A DNA stretch of 64,000 nucleotides from Candidatus Thermosaccharophagus tengchongensis (GTDB taxonomy: Bacteria; Armatimonadota; Fervidibacteria; Fervidibacterales; Thermosaccharophagaceae). The stretch lies in the NCBI GenBank assembly GCA_032161105.1, contig JAVHTD010000016.1; one strand, given 5' to 3'. Numbering within the stretch: position 1 is the stretch's first letter; each line of letters begins with the position of its first letter. The translations under genes and the position numbers were made by a program. Under the pieces are notes generated by a model that ran no database searches, had not been told where the DNA came from, and saw nothing but the letters and a program-made list of their open reading frames with translations. This document shows positions 1-8,825 of the stretch, piece after piece.

Positions 1-873
1 GGCGGTGGCTATGTCTCGTTTGAGCCTGCACGCCACGGAAGACGACTCTCATTTGAGTTTGATGTCACAGCCGATGGCTCTTACGAATTTGCACTCGGCT
101 TGCTAACTAACACGATGTGCGGTCAGTTTAGGGCGTTCGTTGATGGGCGACCGCTCGGAAGGGCATTTAGCGGGAGGACAAAGGCAGAGTATGCATGGCA
201 TCAAATCGGCTTGGGAGTTTCGCAGCCTCTGCGGTCTGGCAAGCACAGGCTCACGATTGAATCGCTCGATGGCAAACCGCTCTTCATTGATTACATCGTC
301 ATACAACCAGCCATCGCCGGCTATCAGGCTGAGCGCATGTTTATCATTTCGTCCTCTCGCCAAACGAAGATAAGGAAGCGCTTCGGCGCAGAGCCGCCAT
401 GGCGCGGCGGTGCATACCTGAAGCTTGAGGCTAAGTCAACCGGTGAGCATGCGAAGTTGCTCTTACCGGTCTTCAAGTCGGGCATCTACAACATGTCAGC
501 GACAATCGCATGCATGCCGAGCGGCGGAAAATTTGAGGTGCTGGTTGACGGCGTCAAAGTCGGGAAGCCAGTTGACTCCTATTCCGAAGCTGAGGCGCAA
601 AGAGAGGTTGAACTCGGTAGCGTGAAATTGAGGCGTGGCTCGCACGAAGTGATGCTTCATGTCATCGGGAAAAACACCGCCTCGGGTGGATACACAATCG
701 GCTGCGATGAGTTTGAGTTGGAGCTGGTCAAGGCACTGCTTGAACTGGAGCAAACCGCCATTGCATTGCTGGCGTGCCTCATTGCCCTTTTGATCTTTAC
801 AGGCATTCTCCTCAAGCGGCGGCACCGCCGGCTGCGCCAAAATGCGAATGAGCAACCGCCACTCGGAACCTAA
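1..873 (+). CDS. 5'-truncated membrane-anchored protein with two tandem CBM6/35-like beta-sandwich modules (resembles C-terminal modules of DUF2961-type proteins)
   Basis: Frame is open from base 1 (GGGYVSFEP...). Two similar modules (G.Y......GQFRAFVDG..LG / GIY......GGKFEVLVDG.KVG...L..G.H). C-terminal hydrophobic helix followed by LKRRHRRLR. Confidence 0.6.
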   Translation, partial: GGGYVSFEPARHGRRLSFEFDVTADGSYEFALGLLTNTMCGQFRAFVDGRPLGRAFSGRTKAEYAWHQIGLGVSQPLRSGKHRLTIESLDGKPLFIDYIVIQPAIAGYQAERMFIISSSRQTKIRKRFGAEPPWRGGAYLKLEAKSTGEHAKLLLPVFKSGIYNMSATIACMPSGGKFEVLVDGVKVGKPVDSYSEAEAQREVELGSVKLRRGSHEVMLHVIGKNTASGGYTIGCDEFELELVKALLELEQTAIALLACLIALLIFTGILLKRRHRRLRQNANEQPPLGT

Positions 874-926
874 TTGCTCATTTTCGTAAGCGCTGCTGAT
901 TGTGCTTCGGCTCACTGAAGTCGCCC

Positions 927-3884
927 TTACTTCGGCTGTCTTGTAACCAGCCTGATGAACGCATTTACGATCTCGGCATCAAGCTGCTTTCCAGCTTGCT
1001 CTTTGAGTTGCTTCAATGCCTCATCTCGGCTGAGTGCAGGTCTGTGCGGGCGCGGGCATATGAACGCATCATAGACATCGCAAACAGCTATGACCATAGC
1101 CAACCTCGGTATCTGCGTGCCAACAAGTTTGTCCGGATACCCACTTCCATCAAGCCTCTCGGTGTGATGCCTTATGGCTGGAGCGAATTCGCTCAGTTGC
1201 GGTATGAGCTTTATGAACTGCTCGGAGTAAATTGGGAACTGCTCAACAATTTGCCTCTCGGCTCTTGTGAGCTTCCCCTGCTTATTGAGTATGCTGTCCG
1301 GGACGGTTATCAAGCCAATTTCGTGTCCGAGAGCAGCCATGGAAAAGCGCTGCGCATACGAAGGGTCATACCCCAGCTCAATTAGCAACTGCTTGCAAAG
1401 TTGCGAAACCCTTCTTGCATGCTCACGCCTGCCGATGAGGCGCTGCTCATTCTGTGCCACAATCGTTGTGAGGATTCTCTCAAGCTGTGTCTGACTGGAA
1501 ATGGCATAAAGCCTTGAATTGTCAATAGCAATGGCTGCATAGCTTGCCAGTGCTGTAGCGAGTTTCAAATCCTCCTCATCAAACACTTTGTCAGGCGAGA
1601 GGCTGTTGGCGCATAGAACCCCGATGACTCTCCCGCGAGCTTGCAGTGGCACAGCCATTGATGAAACAATCTGCTCACGATGAAGTAAGCCCTTTAACTC
1701 CGGGTCAACCCTTGTTGGCGAGATGATTATAGCCCTGCCCTCCTTTGCCACCCTGCCGGCAATTCCCTCGCCAAGATTTAAAGCTGTTGAAGCCACAATG
1801 TTCTCATCAAGCCCATGGTGAACTGCTATGCGCAAAGAGCCTGTAGCCTCATCAACCAGCATGATTGAACCGCTGTCAGCGCCGAGGAGATTTATAGCGG
1901 CATTCATAACCATGTTCAGGATGGCGCTAATGTCAACTTCTGAGGTAACAGCAAGCCCAACTTTATACAGCTTGTCAAGCTGCCGTAGCCTCCTATCCAC
2001 CTCCTCGGAGAGGCGCTCATGAATTGGTTCAATGCCACTGCCGCAATATGGACATACATCCCAATCGGTGCTCAACCTGCGCTCACATCTCGGGCATACA
2101 CTCACAAGCTGCAAATGACATCTCGGGCAATATACGAAGTCCCTTTCAAGTATCGGATAGCCGCAGCGCTTGCACCTTCTTCTCTCCTCCTCCGGGGCAG
2201 CTAATACAGCAAACACCTCTTCAACTGTCGTCCTTCCTTCGGCGAGCAGCCTGAGGCTGCTCTCACGCAGTGTCATCATTCCCTCACTCACAGCGGCAGA
2301 TTCAATTTCCCCCTCGGGGGCATCACGCATTATCAGCGTCCGTATGGTTGAGGTCACGGGCAGTATTTCAAACAGCGCCGTCCTACCGTAATATCCGGTC
2401 ATGTCGCAATATGCGCATCCCTGCCCACGCATGAAATTGAATTTGCTTGCCTCGGTGAGCGTCAGCCCGAGTGCTCTCAGTTCTACATCAGTAGGCGTAT
2501 ACGGCTGCGAGCAGCGCGGGCAGTTCAATCTGACGAGACGCTGTGAAACAACCCCAAGGAGTGATGATGCGAGCAGGAATGGCTGAATCCCCAAGTCCCT
2601 CATCCTCGGCACGGCTGCCGCTGCTGTGTTTGCATGCAGCGTTGAGAGGACTAAATGACCCGTCATGGCAGCCCTGATGGCGAGCTCAGCGGTTTCGGCA
2701 TCCCTTATCTCACCGACAAGGATTATGTCGGGGTCCTGCCTCAGCACACTCCTCAAAGCCGATGCGAATGTCAAACCTATCTCGGGGTGCATCTGTATTT
2801 GAGAGATGCCCGGTATCTCCTGCTCAACTGGCTCTTCAAGCGTGACAATGTTCCTTCTGCCGTTGTTCAACCATGTGACGCTCGCATACAGCGTTGTCGT
2901 CTTACCGCTTCCTGTCGGTCCCACGACGAGGATGATGCCGTGCGGTTGGCGAAGTAGATTCAGGTAAGTGTTGAGTTGCTGTTGTGTCATGCCGAGTGAT
3001 TCAAGCGAAAACAATTCCTCCTCCGGGCGGAGGAAGCGCAAGACTGCCTTCTCCCCATGGATTGTCGGTGATGTCGCCACACGCACATGATGCTGCTTAT
3101 CCTTTACTCTGAATCTGAAATGCCCATCCTGCGGCAAGCGTCTCTCTGCGACATTCATCTGTGACAGAACTTTTATCCGCCCGATGAGCGAAGTCTCCAC
3201 ACCCTTGGGCAACTCCGCGACGGTGTGCAGTATCCCATCAACGCGCATCCTGACGAGCACCTTATCCCTCTGAGGCTCAATGTGCACATCACTTGCATTT
3301 CTCTCAACAGCCCTCAAAAGCAGGTTGTTGAGAAGCCTGACCGTCGGAGCTGCTCTTATCTCCCTCGTCACATCCACGACCGGAGCTTCAGCTAATGTCT
3401 CAAGATCCTCTGTCACAGCTGCTGCCAGCTCGCTGCTCAATGGGTAATAGCGAGAGATGAGCTGTGACAAGACCGCGTATGAGGCCACGACAGGCTCAAC
3501 ATCCATTCCTGTGGCTGAGCGGACATCATCTATGGCGATAATGTTGCCCGGATCTGCCATCGCCAGAATGAGCTTATTGTCGCGCCTGCCCACCGGCATG
3601 ACGAGGTGCTTTCTTGCCATCTCGGGCGAAATTAACTTCACAGCTTCAACATCAATTGGGAACTTTGCGAGGTCAACCTTGCGCACGCCGTAGTATCGGC
3701 TCAGGATGTCAAGAATGACCTCTTCATCCTTAATGAAGCCGAGTTCGTGAAGGACAATCCCAAGGGGGCGATTTGAAATCCTCTGCTCCTCAAGAGCTAT
3801 CTCAAGCTGCTCCGGCGTTATGATCCCGCCATTAATGAGCAGTTCGCCAAGCCTCGGTTTGACTTTAGGTGCGCTCATCTGCAA
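927..3884 (-). CDS. pilB: PilB/GspE-family assembly ATPase (MshEN + ATPase) fused to double zinc ribbon, GAF and degenerate HD-GYP domains
   Basis: RLGELLINGGIITPEQLEIALEEQ (MshEN), ASDVHIEP, RVDG, AERRLPQDG, Walker A GPTGSGKT, LRQDPDIILVGEIRD, TGHLVLSTLH, CPRC..CAYC. Then CKRC/CPRC/CPRC/CPYC, a GAF domain (GEGIAGRVA, VPL..RGRVIGVL, AAIAIDN) and ERLDGSGYP. RBS GGAGG/AGGAG upstream; start could be ATG at 3878. Confidence 0.9.
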   Translation of the reverse strand: MQMSAPKVKPRLGELLINGGIITPEQLEIALEEQRISNRPLGIVLHELGFIKDEEVILDILSRYYGVRKVDLAKFPIDVEAVKLISPEMARKHLVMPVGRRDNKLILAMADPGNIIAIDDVRSATGMDVEPVVASYAVLSQLISRYYPLSSELAAAVTEDLETLAEAPVVDVTREIRAAPTVRLLNNLLLRAVERNASDVHIEPQRDKVLVRMRVDGILHTVAELPKGVETSLIGRIKVLSQMNVAERRLPQDGHFRFRVKDKQHHVRVATSPTIHGEKAVLRFLRPEEELFSLESLGMTQQQLNTYLNLLRQPHGIILVVGPTGSGKTTTLYASVTWLNNGRRNIVTLEEPVEQEIPGISQIQMHPEIGLTFASALRSVLRQDPDIILVGEIRDAETAELAIRAAMTGHLVLSTLHANTAAAAVPRMRDLGIQPFLLASSLLGVVSQRLVRLNCPRCSQPYTPTDVELRALGLTLTEASKFNFMRGQGCAYCDMTGYYGRTALFEILPVTSTIRTLIMRDAPEGEIESAAVSEGMMTLRESSLRLLAEGRTTVEEVFAVLAAPEEERRRCKRCGYPILERDFVYCPRCHLQLVSVCPRCERRLSTDWDVCPYCGSGIEPIHERLSEEVDRRLRQLDKLYKVGLAVTSEVDISAILNMVMNAAINLLGADSGSIMLVDEATGSLRIAVHHGLDENIVASTALNLGEGIAGRVAKEGRAIIISPTRVDPELKGLLHREQIVSSMAVPLQARGRVIGVLCANSLSPDKVFDEEDLKLATALASYAAIAIDNSRLYAISSQTQLERILTTIVAQNEQRLIGRREHARRVSQLCKQLLIELGYDPSYAQRFSMAALGHEIGLITVPDSILNKQGKLTRAERQIVEQFPIYSEQFIKLIPQLSEFAPAIRHHTERLDGSGYPDKLVGTQIPRLAMVIAVCDVYDAFICPRPHRPALSRDEALKQLKEQAGKQLDAEIVNAFIRLVTRQPK

Positions 3885-4031
3885 TCACTCCTTGCCTCCT
3901 CTTGCTTTACAGAGTTGCTTCACATCTTGCCATTCCCAAATCTTCTGCACAAGCATGCAATCAGCCATTCCGAAACGGACAAAACAATGCCCTTCACAGC
4001 AAGTGTTACTTCGCTTCACAGCAACGCAGCT

Positions 4032-6185
4032 TTATCCTTCAGCATGACGCAATGCCGCCTTGAGCTCACGCAAGAGCACCCGCATCAGCGAAGCGTTGTG
4101 TCGCCTTCCGCTGTAAATGGACTCGGTGAAAAGCTCAGCCATGTGCATGAATGCAGCATGCGCTTTGTCTGGCAATATGCCCTTTGCGTTCATTGCGTAT
4201 TCAATCGCCGTCTCGCTCGGCTTTCTCCGACGATAGCGCTTTGCGACAATCCTGCTCGCTCTATTAAACAACTTCACTGCTTCACCGCGAACGCTCTTTG
4301 CACCGCCTACAAACGGAATTTTGATCTGCGTGTGCATCATAACGAAGATGGAAAATGCCAACAGCGAGAGAAGCACGAGAGCAATTGAAATTGCCACATC
4401 GTGCCCCTCCCAGAGGAGTAAAAGCTTCTCTTTGAGACTGCCAAACCAATTGCCACCATCACTTTCGGCAACAAAACCCAATTGTCTTGGCGGCGGTATT
4501 GAATATCCCGGGGTGGCTTCCATAGGCACCCACCCAACCGGAGGAACATACACCTCTGCCCATGCGTGTGCATCTCTTTCTCTGACGATGAAGGAACGCC
4601 TTGCATCATCCCATTCGCCCATAACGAATCCGGTGGCAAGGCGCGCTGGTATCCCAACAACCCTGCACAGCAAAACCATAGCCGAGGCAAAGTGAGTGCA
4701 TATACCTCTCCTTGAGGAAGTGAGAAAGTAGATCACCGGGTCGCACTCATACGGTGGCAAGGGCGGTTTTTCATCGTATATGAATGTCCGCTTCAAATAC
4801 CTCCTTATAGCCTGCGCTTTTTCCCACGGAGTTGTAGCTCCGGCAGTCACCTGTCTGGCTATGCTCTTTAACTGCAGTTCAATTCCGGCCGGCACTTGCA
4901 GGTAGTGTGAAAGCCTTGCAATGTCTTCTCTTGTTAGCTCCTTCCATGCGACCTCGTGCATGCTGAAAATCTTGACCCGTGACCACACATTGTATGAGAA
5001 GCCCGGTGTGACGAGTCTCCTTGAGCGTATAGTTCCAGCTGAGTCAAAGCTGAGCCACTCAAGGTCGGCGTCAACTCGCACTGGCTCAAATATTGCCGGA
5101 AGGTATGCGAGCGTGCACCGCTCAACATGAAATGTCTGCTTAACCTGCTCTGTTTGTATGGAGTCATCTACACGGTCATCCGTTTGGTTCAGGATGAGTT
5201 CTTCACCCTTCTCCAAACACTTCGTGTGCCACTTCAGCCTTCTGCGCCATGAGCCATCTTTGTAATAGTCGTAAGTGCTCACCCTCCAATAGGCTGGCAC
5301 ATTGCATTCAACTCTTATAACGACCGGGTCCGAGAGCTCGCTTATTGGGTGGCGAAGCGAAATTGAGAATCCATAGAACGAGAGGATGCTATGGGCTTTG
5401 AAAAGGTATTTTGAGAGCTGCTCAGAAATGGCAAGCTCAATTTTTGAGAGTTGCGGTAATAACTCAAATGGGCGCATGAAAGATGTGAGGGAATATGAGA
5501 TGACGATTGCAAGCACAAGCACCCAACCGCTTAGTGAAAGGACGGTTCGTATGAGCGACCTGTAAAGCGCTCCCTCCCAACCCTGTATCTCAACCATTGA
5601 GGCAACGAAGCGCAGGTGAGCGCTCTGGAGAAGTGAAAACACCCCTGCAGCTAAGATGCCATACGGGATGAAAAAGAGCACAAAAGAGAGTGTCCGGCAA
5701 ACCGGCAGCATGAGCGTGTAGATGCACAGCCCGAGCAAGAGCAACAGTGAAAAGTCAATCGGGTCAATCAACTGCATGTGCTTTAAAGCGGCAAGCGTGA
5801 GTATGAATGCCATCAGTAGCGATATAGCATCCTGAACCGATATGGCGATGGAGCTATGTGGATGCACGATGAGTTGCCACAATGTGATGCCGAGCTCCCT
5901 CTTGAGATCCAAAATCAGAATGGCAAACGCGTAAACCAGGATAACGCCACTTAGCATCCTCCTCGGAAGGACATTGGTATGCACAAGGTAGAAGCTCACC
6001 CCGGCCCCAAGAAGAGCTATTATGAGCGAGCGCATTACTACGCTCTCCGAGATAAAACCATGCCACATTGCAGTAAATGCGGATGCCGCAAAACAAAGGA
6101 ATGCAAGCGTATAGAGAGCCACACGCTCAACAACGCGCAAAGCCTGTATGAGTGAATTCACCTTCAAACCATTTGCCTCAGACAT
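4032..6185 (-). CDS. Transglutaminase-like membrane protein (TgpA/DUF3488-type with DUF4129-like tail)
   Basis: N-terminal multi-TM region, YWRVSTYDYY..G.W, GICTHFASAMVLLCRVVGIPARLATGF (catalytic Cys), HAWAEVY, EATPG, second TM, ETAIEYA tail. Confidence 0.85.
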   Translation of the reverse strand: MSEANGLKVNSLIQALRVVERVALYTLAFLCFAASAFTAMWHGFISESVVMRSLIIALLGAGVSFYLVHTNVLPRRMLSGVILVYAFAILILDLKRELGITLWQLIVHPHSSIAISVQDAISLLMAFILTLAALKHMQLIDPIDFSLLLLLGLCIYTLMLPVCRTLSFVLFFIPYGILAAGVFSLLQSAHLRFVASMVEIQGWEGALYRSLIRTVLSLSGWVLVLAIVISYSLTSFMRPFELLPQLSKIELAISEQLSKYLFKAHSILSFYGFSISLRHPISELSDPVVIRVECNVPAYWRVSTYDYYKDGSWRRRLKWHTKCLEKGEELILNQTDDRVDDSIQTEQVKQTFHVERCTLAYLPAIFEPVRVDADLEWLSFDSAGTIRSRRLVTPGFSYNVWSRVKIFSMHEVAWKELTREDIARLSHYLQVPAGIELQLKSIARQVTAGATTPWEKAQAIRRYLKRTFIYDEKPPLPPYECDPVIYFLTSSRRGICTHFASAMVLLCRVVGIPARLATGFVMGEWDDARRSFIVRERDAHAWAEVYVPPVGWVPMEATPGYSIPPPRQLGFVAESDGGNWFGSLKEKLLLLWEGHDVAISIALVLLSLLAFSIFVMMHTQIKIPFVGGAKSVRGEAVKLFNRASRIVAKRYRRRKPSETAIEYAMNAKGILPDKAHAAFMHMAELFTESIYSGRRHNASLMRVLLRELKAALRHAEG

Positions 6186-7464
6186 GACCGTGCACTCCGT
6201 GAACCATCAACACAGAACTTAAGCATGCCTTTAATGTCGGCAGAAGCTCGTTTGAGCTGCGCACAGCGAAGTATTTGACATGGTGAGTTTCAGCAAGTGT
6301 GGGAGAATGCTCATCGCTGTTGCATGCGCAGAAATGCACAATGATGCCACCCGATGCCCGCGTCTGGGCACCGCATATGCGTGAAAGCTTTTCCAACGCA
6401 TCGGAAACAGCACTACAGGTTACGAGAAATATGGCAAAGCCAATTGGGTGAGAGCGATTAAACGAGCTGCCAATGTTTATCGGCAGGGAGGCTTCACGAT
6501 ATGTCAGCCTCGCCAACCGCTCAAGGAGCATAATTGCATCGCCGCTTCTCTTTCCCCTCATCCGAACCTCCCATGCCCCAGTTAACGCATTCACATTACA
6601 CCCCGCATTGTTCAGCGAGATTGCAAGTGTTGCCATGAACCTGATCATGTGCTCAAGCAGCGGCTCATCATCCCATGCGCTGTTTGTTTCGGCTCCATCG
6701 GGAGCGATGAGCGAGAGCATGCACGGCGCCATCCCATAATGCTCAAGCACCTTAACGATGAGCTCACCGCGCCTTGCGCTGCACATCCAGTGAACGAACC
6801 TCAGATCATCCGTTGGAGCATACTCTCTCACACCACGATAGTCAAATGGATCACGAATAGCAAATGCCTTTGCAAAGGCTGGGTTTGAACTCATAATGGT
6901 TTCGGGCTCGCAAAGGAGTCTTGGATAAACGACGCAGCTCCCATCACAGCCATACTCCCGCTCAAACGAGAAGATGCCGAGTGGGCTGTCGCAAGCGAGC
7001 GTAAAACGCTCAATCTTATTCTCGCCGCGCTTCAGCCCATGAATGGACACGACCGCATCAGCGGATTGCTCGCCAGCGATTGATGGGATAAACCAAACAC
7101 TGCTCTGCCCAAAGTTGAGCGTCTTATTCAGGATGGTGATGTGAAACAGGAAGTTGAGCTTTGACAGAGAGCCATGGTTGGTGAGCTTCAGATGCAAGTC
7201 GGCATTCTGACCCTCCCACAACCTGAGCTTCGGATATTGCAACCTGCATGTCACTCCACTCATGTTCACCAAGCCAAGCATAAAACTCACGAGCGGCACA
7301 AACAACAAGATGCGAGAGATGAAATGGGCTGGCTCGCTATCGTTGCTGACCCCAACAAGGTATAGCGCCAAGCCAAGCGTAAGAAAGGACGCCATTGTCC
7401 CCCACCGAATCCTCACCCTGCCCCTCAAAGCTCGCCGACTCGGTGGCATGCCTTTTATTCCCAT
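6178..7464 (-). CDS. DUF58 domain protein (MoxR-associated)
   Basis: RGVREYAPTDDLRFVHWMCSARRGELIVK matches the DUF58 signature; two N-terminal TM helices; 8-nt overlap with the downstream gene. Confidence 0.9.
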   Translation of the reverse strand: MGIKGMPPSRRALRGRVRIRWGTMASFLTLGLALYLVGVSNDSEPAHFISRILLFVPLVSFMLGLVNMSGVTCRLQYPKLRLWEGQNADLHLKLTNHGSLSKLNFLFHITILNKTLNFGQSSVWFIPSIAGEQSADAVVSIHGLKRGENKIERFTLACDSPLGIFSFEREYGCDGSCVVYPRLLCEPETIMSSNPAFAKAFAIRDPFDYRGVREYAPTDDLRFVHWMCSARRGELIVKVLEHYGMAPCMLSLIAPDGAETNSAWDDEPLLEHMIRFMATLAISLNNAGCNVNALTGAWEVRMRGKRSGDAIMLLERLARLTYREASLPINIGSSFNRSHPIGFAIFLVTCSAVSDALEKLSRICGAQTRASGGIIVHFCACNSDEHSPTLAETHHVKYFAVRSSNELLPTLKACLSSVLMVHGVHGHV

Positions 7465-7646
7465 CTGCCATAACCCCCATCACTCTGTTGACTGTAAGTG
7501 ACCTTCACCACATCCAGTTGCAGCAGTTTAAGCCGACTCAATTCTGTTTGAGCTCGTCACCTTAGCATTCGCTTGTGGAGGCGAGCTGTGGTGGCAGATG
7601 ACAGCCCATCTGCAAAACCGCTTTGCGCAAGTAAAGCCAATCCACA

Positions 7647-7673
7647 TACAGGCGGTTTAACAACTGCCCCTAC
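7647..7673 (-). repeat. Degenerate GTAG-type REP-like palindrome
   Basis: Minus strand reads GTAGGGGCAGTT-GTTA-AACCGCCTGTA: a GTAG head followed by a GC-rich imperfect hairpin, intergenic. Confidence 0.45.
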
Positions 7674-7698
7674 ATTCAACTGCGCAGCTCCTATCGGT

Positions 7699-8652
7699 TT
7701 AAAGCGTGTCTGGCACTGGGATGAGGTCAAGCATCTCAGCAACAATCTGTTCTGCAACCAAACCCTCAGCTTGGTATATCGGTTTGACGATGAGACGGTG
7801 CGCAAGCACATCAATTGCAAGCGCCTTTATGTCATCGGGCGCAACATAATCCCTGCCATATATTGCCGCTCTTGCTTGAGCGGTGCGTGTGAGGAATAGA
7901 GAACCTCTCGGGCTTGCACCAAGCAGTAAGCGTTCGTCCTTCCTCGTTTGATGAATTATGCGCAGCACATATCCGTAGATCAAATCGCTCACAAATACTT
8001 CCCTCACCTCCCTCTGCATCTCCAGCACTTCATGCGCATCCGTAACCGGATGAAGCGCCTCAAGCGGGTGCGTCAAGCGCTGCTCAATTAGCACTTGCTT
8101 TTCCTCATCTGGGTTCGGGTAGCCGAGCCTCAAGCGCATGCAAAACCGGTCAACTTGCGATTCTGGAAGCACGAAGATGCCCTCGGGCTCAATTGGGTTC
8201 TGCGTGGCAATGATGAAGAACGGTTGCGGCAACTGGTAGGTGACACCATCAACTGTGACTTGATGCTCATCCATACACTCAAGCAGGCTTGATTGCGTTT
8301 TTGGTGATGCCCTGTTTATCTCATCGGCGAGCACTATGTTGGCGAATATTGGACCCGGTCGGAAGACGAATCTGCCATCATGAAAGAGATACACATTTGT
8401 GCCAATGATGTCCGATGGTAGAAGGTCAGGCGTGCATTGTATCCGCTTGAATGTGCACCCGAGTGATTTTGCGAGTGCCTTTGCGAAAGTCGTCTTGCCG
8501 ACACCGGGAATATCCTCAAGCAGGATATGTCCACCTGCCAACAACGCTATGATCGCCTTCTCAATCACATCGTCTTTTCCGATAATGACCTTCTTCACTG
8601 CCTCCTTTACCTTCTGCGCCCAGCTTTTTACATCCCTCATTTGAAACACCAC
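7699..8652 (-). CDS. moxR: MoxR-family AAA+ ATPase
   Basis: GHILLEDIPGVGKT, RIQCTPDLLPSDI.G, LADEINRASPKTQSSLLE, ATQNPIE, GASPRGSL. Confidence 0.95.
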   Translation of the reverse strand: MVFQMRDVKSWAQKVKEAVKKVIIGKDDVIEKAIIALLAGGHILLEDIPGVGKTTFAKALAKSLGCTFKRIQCTPDLLPSDIIGTNVYLFHDGRFVFRPGPIFANIVLADEINRASPKTQSSLLECMDEHQVTVDGVTYQLPQPFFIIATQNPIEPEGIFVLPESQVDRFCMRLRLGYPNPDEEKQVLIEQRLTHPLEALHPVTDAHEVLEMQREVREVFVSDLIYGYVLRIIHQTRKDERLLLGASPRGSLFLTRTAQARAAIYGRDYVAPDDIKALAIDVLAHRLIVKPIYQAEGLVAEQIVAEMLDLIPVPDTL

Positions 8653-8688
8653 ACGCGCCGTATCTCATGCCCAAGCGCATCAACTGCT

Positions 8689-8778
8689 CTAACTCTTACG
8701 GCTGCGTATAAGCGAAGATATAAGCCACAGCGCCACAGCCAGCGCAAGTATCACCATTGCGATTTCAAATGGACCCAT
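8689..8778 (-). CDS. 29-aa single-pass membrane microprotein MGPFEIAMVILALAVALWLISSLIRSRKS (not in ORF track)
   Basis: Translated by hand. ATG at 8778 is preceded by GGTGAGGGTGA; TAG at 8689-8691. Hydrophobic core plus basic tail; fills the gap between two co-oriented genes. Confidence 0.65.
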   Translation of the reverse strand: MGPFEIAMVILALAVALWLISSLIRSRKS

Positions 8779-8825
8779 TCACCCTCACCACTTGCTTGCG
8801 TCCTTTCCTCCGTCGCTGCTGCAGC

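Noticed and set aside
900..1385. 161-aa plus-strand ORF
   Set aside because: Antisense shadow of the HD-GYP region; no RBS or motif.
7557..7820. Small ORF in the moxR-DUF58 gap
   Set aside because: Overlaps moxR, has no protein-like features and runs through the REP-like hairpin.
8689..8778. tatA call for the microprotein
   Set aside because: Lacks the FG hinge and amphipathic helix, and is too short.
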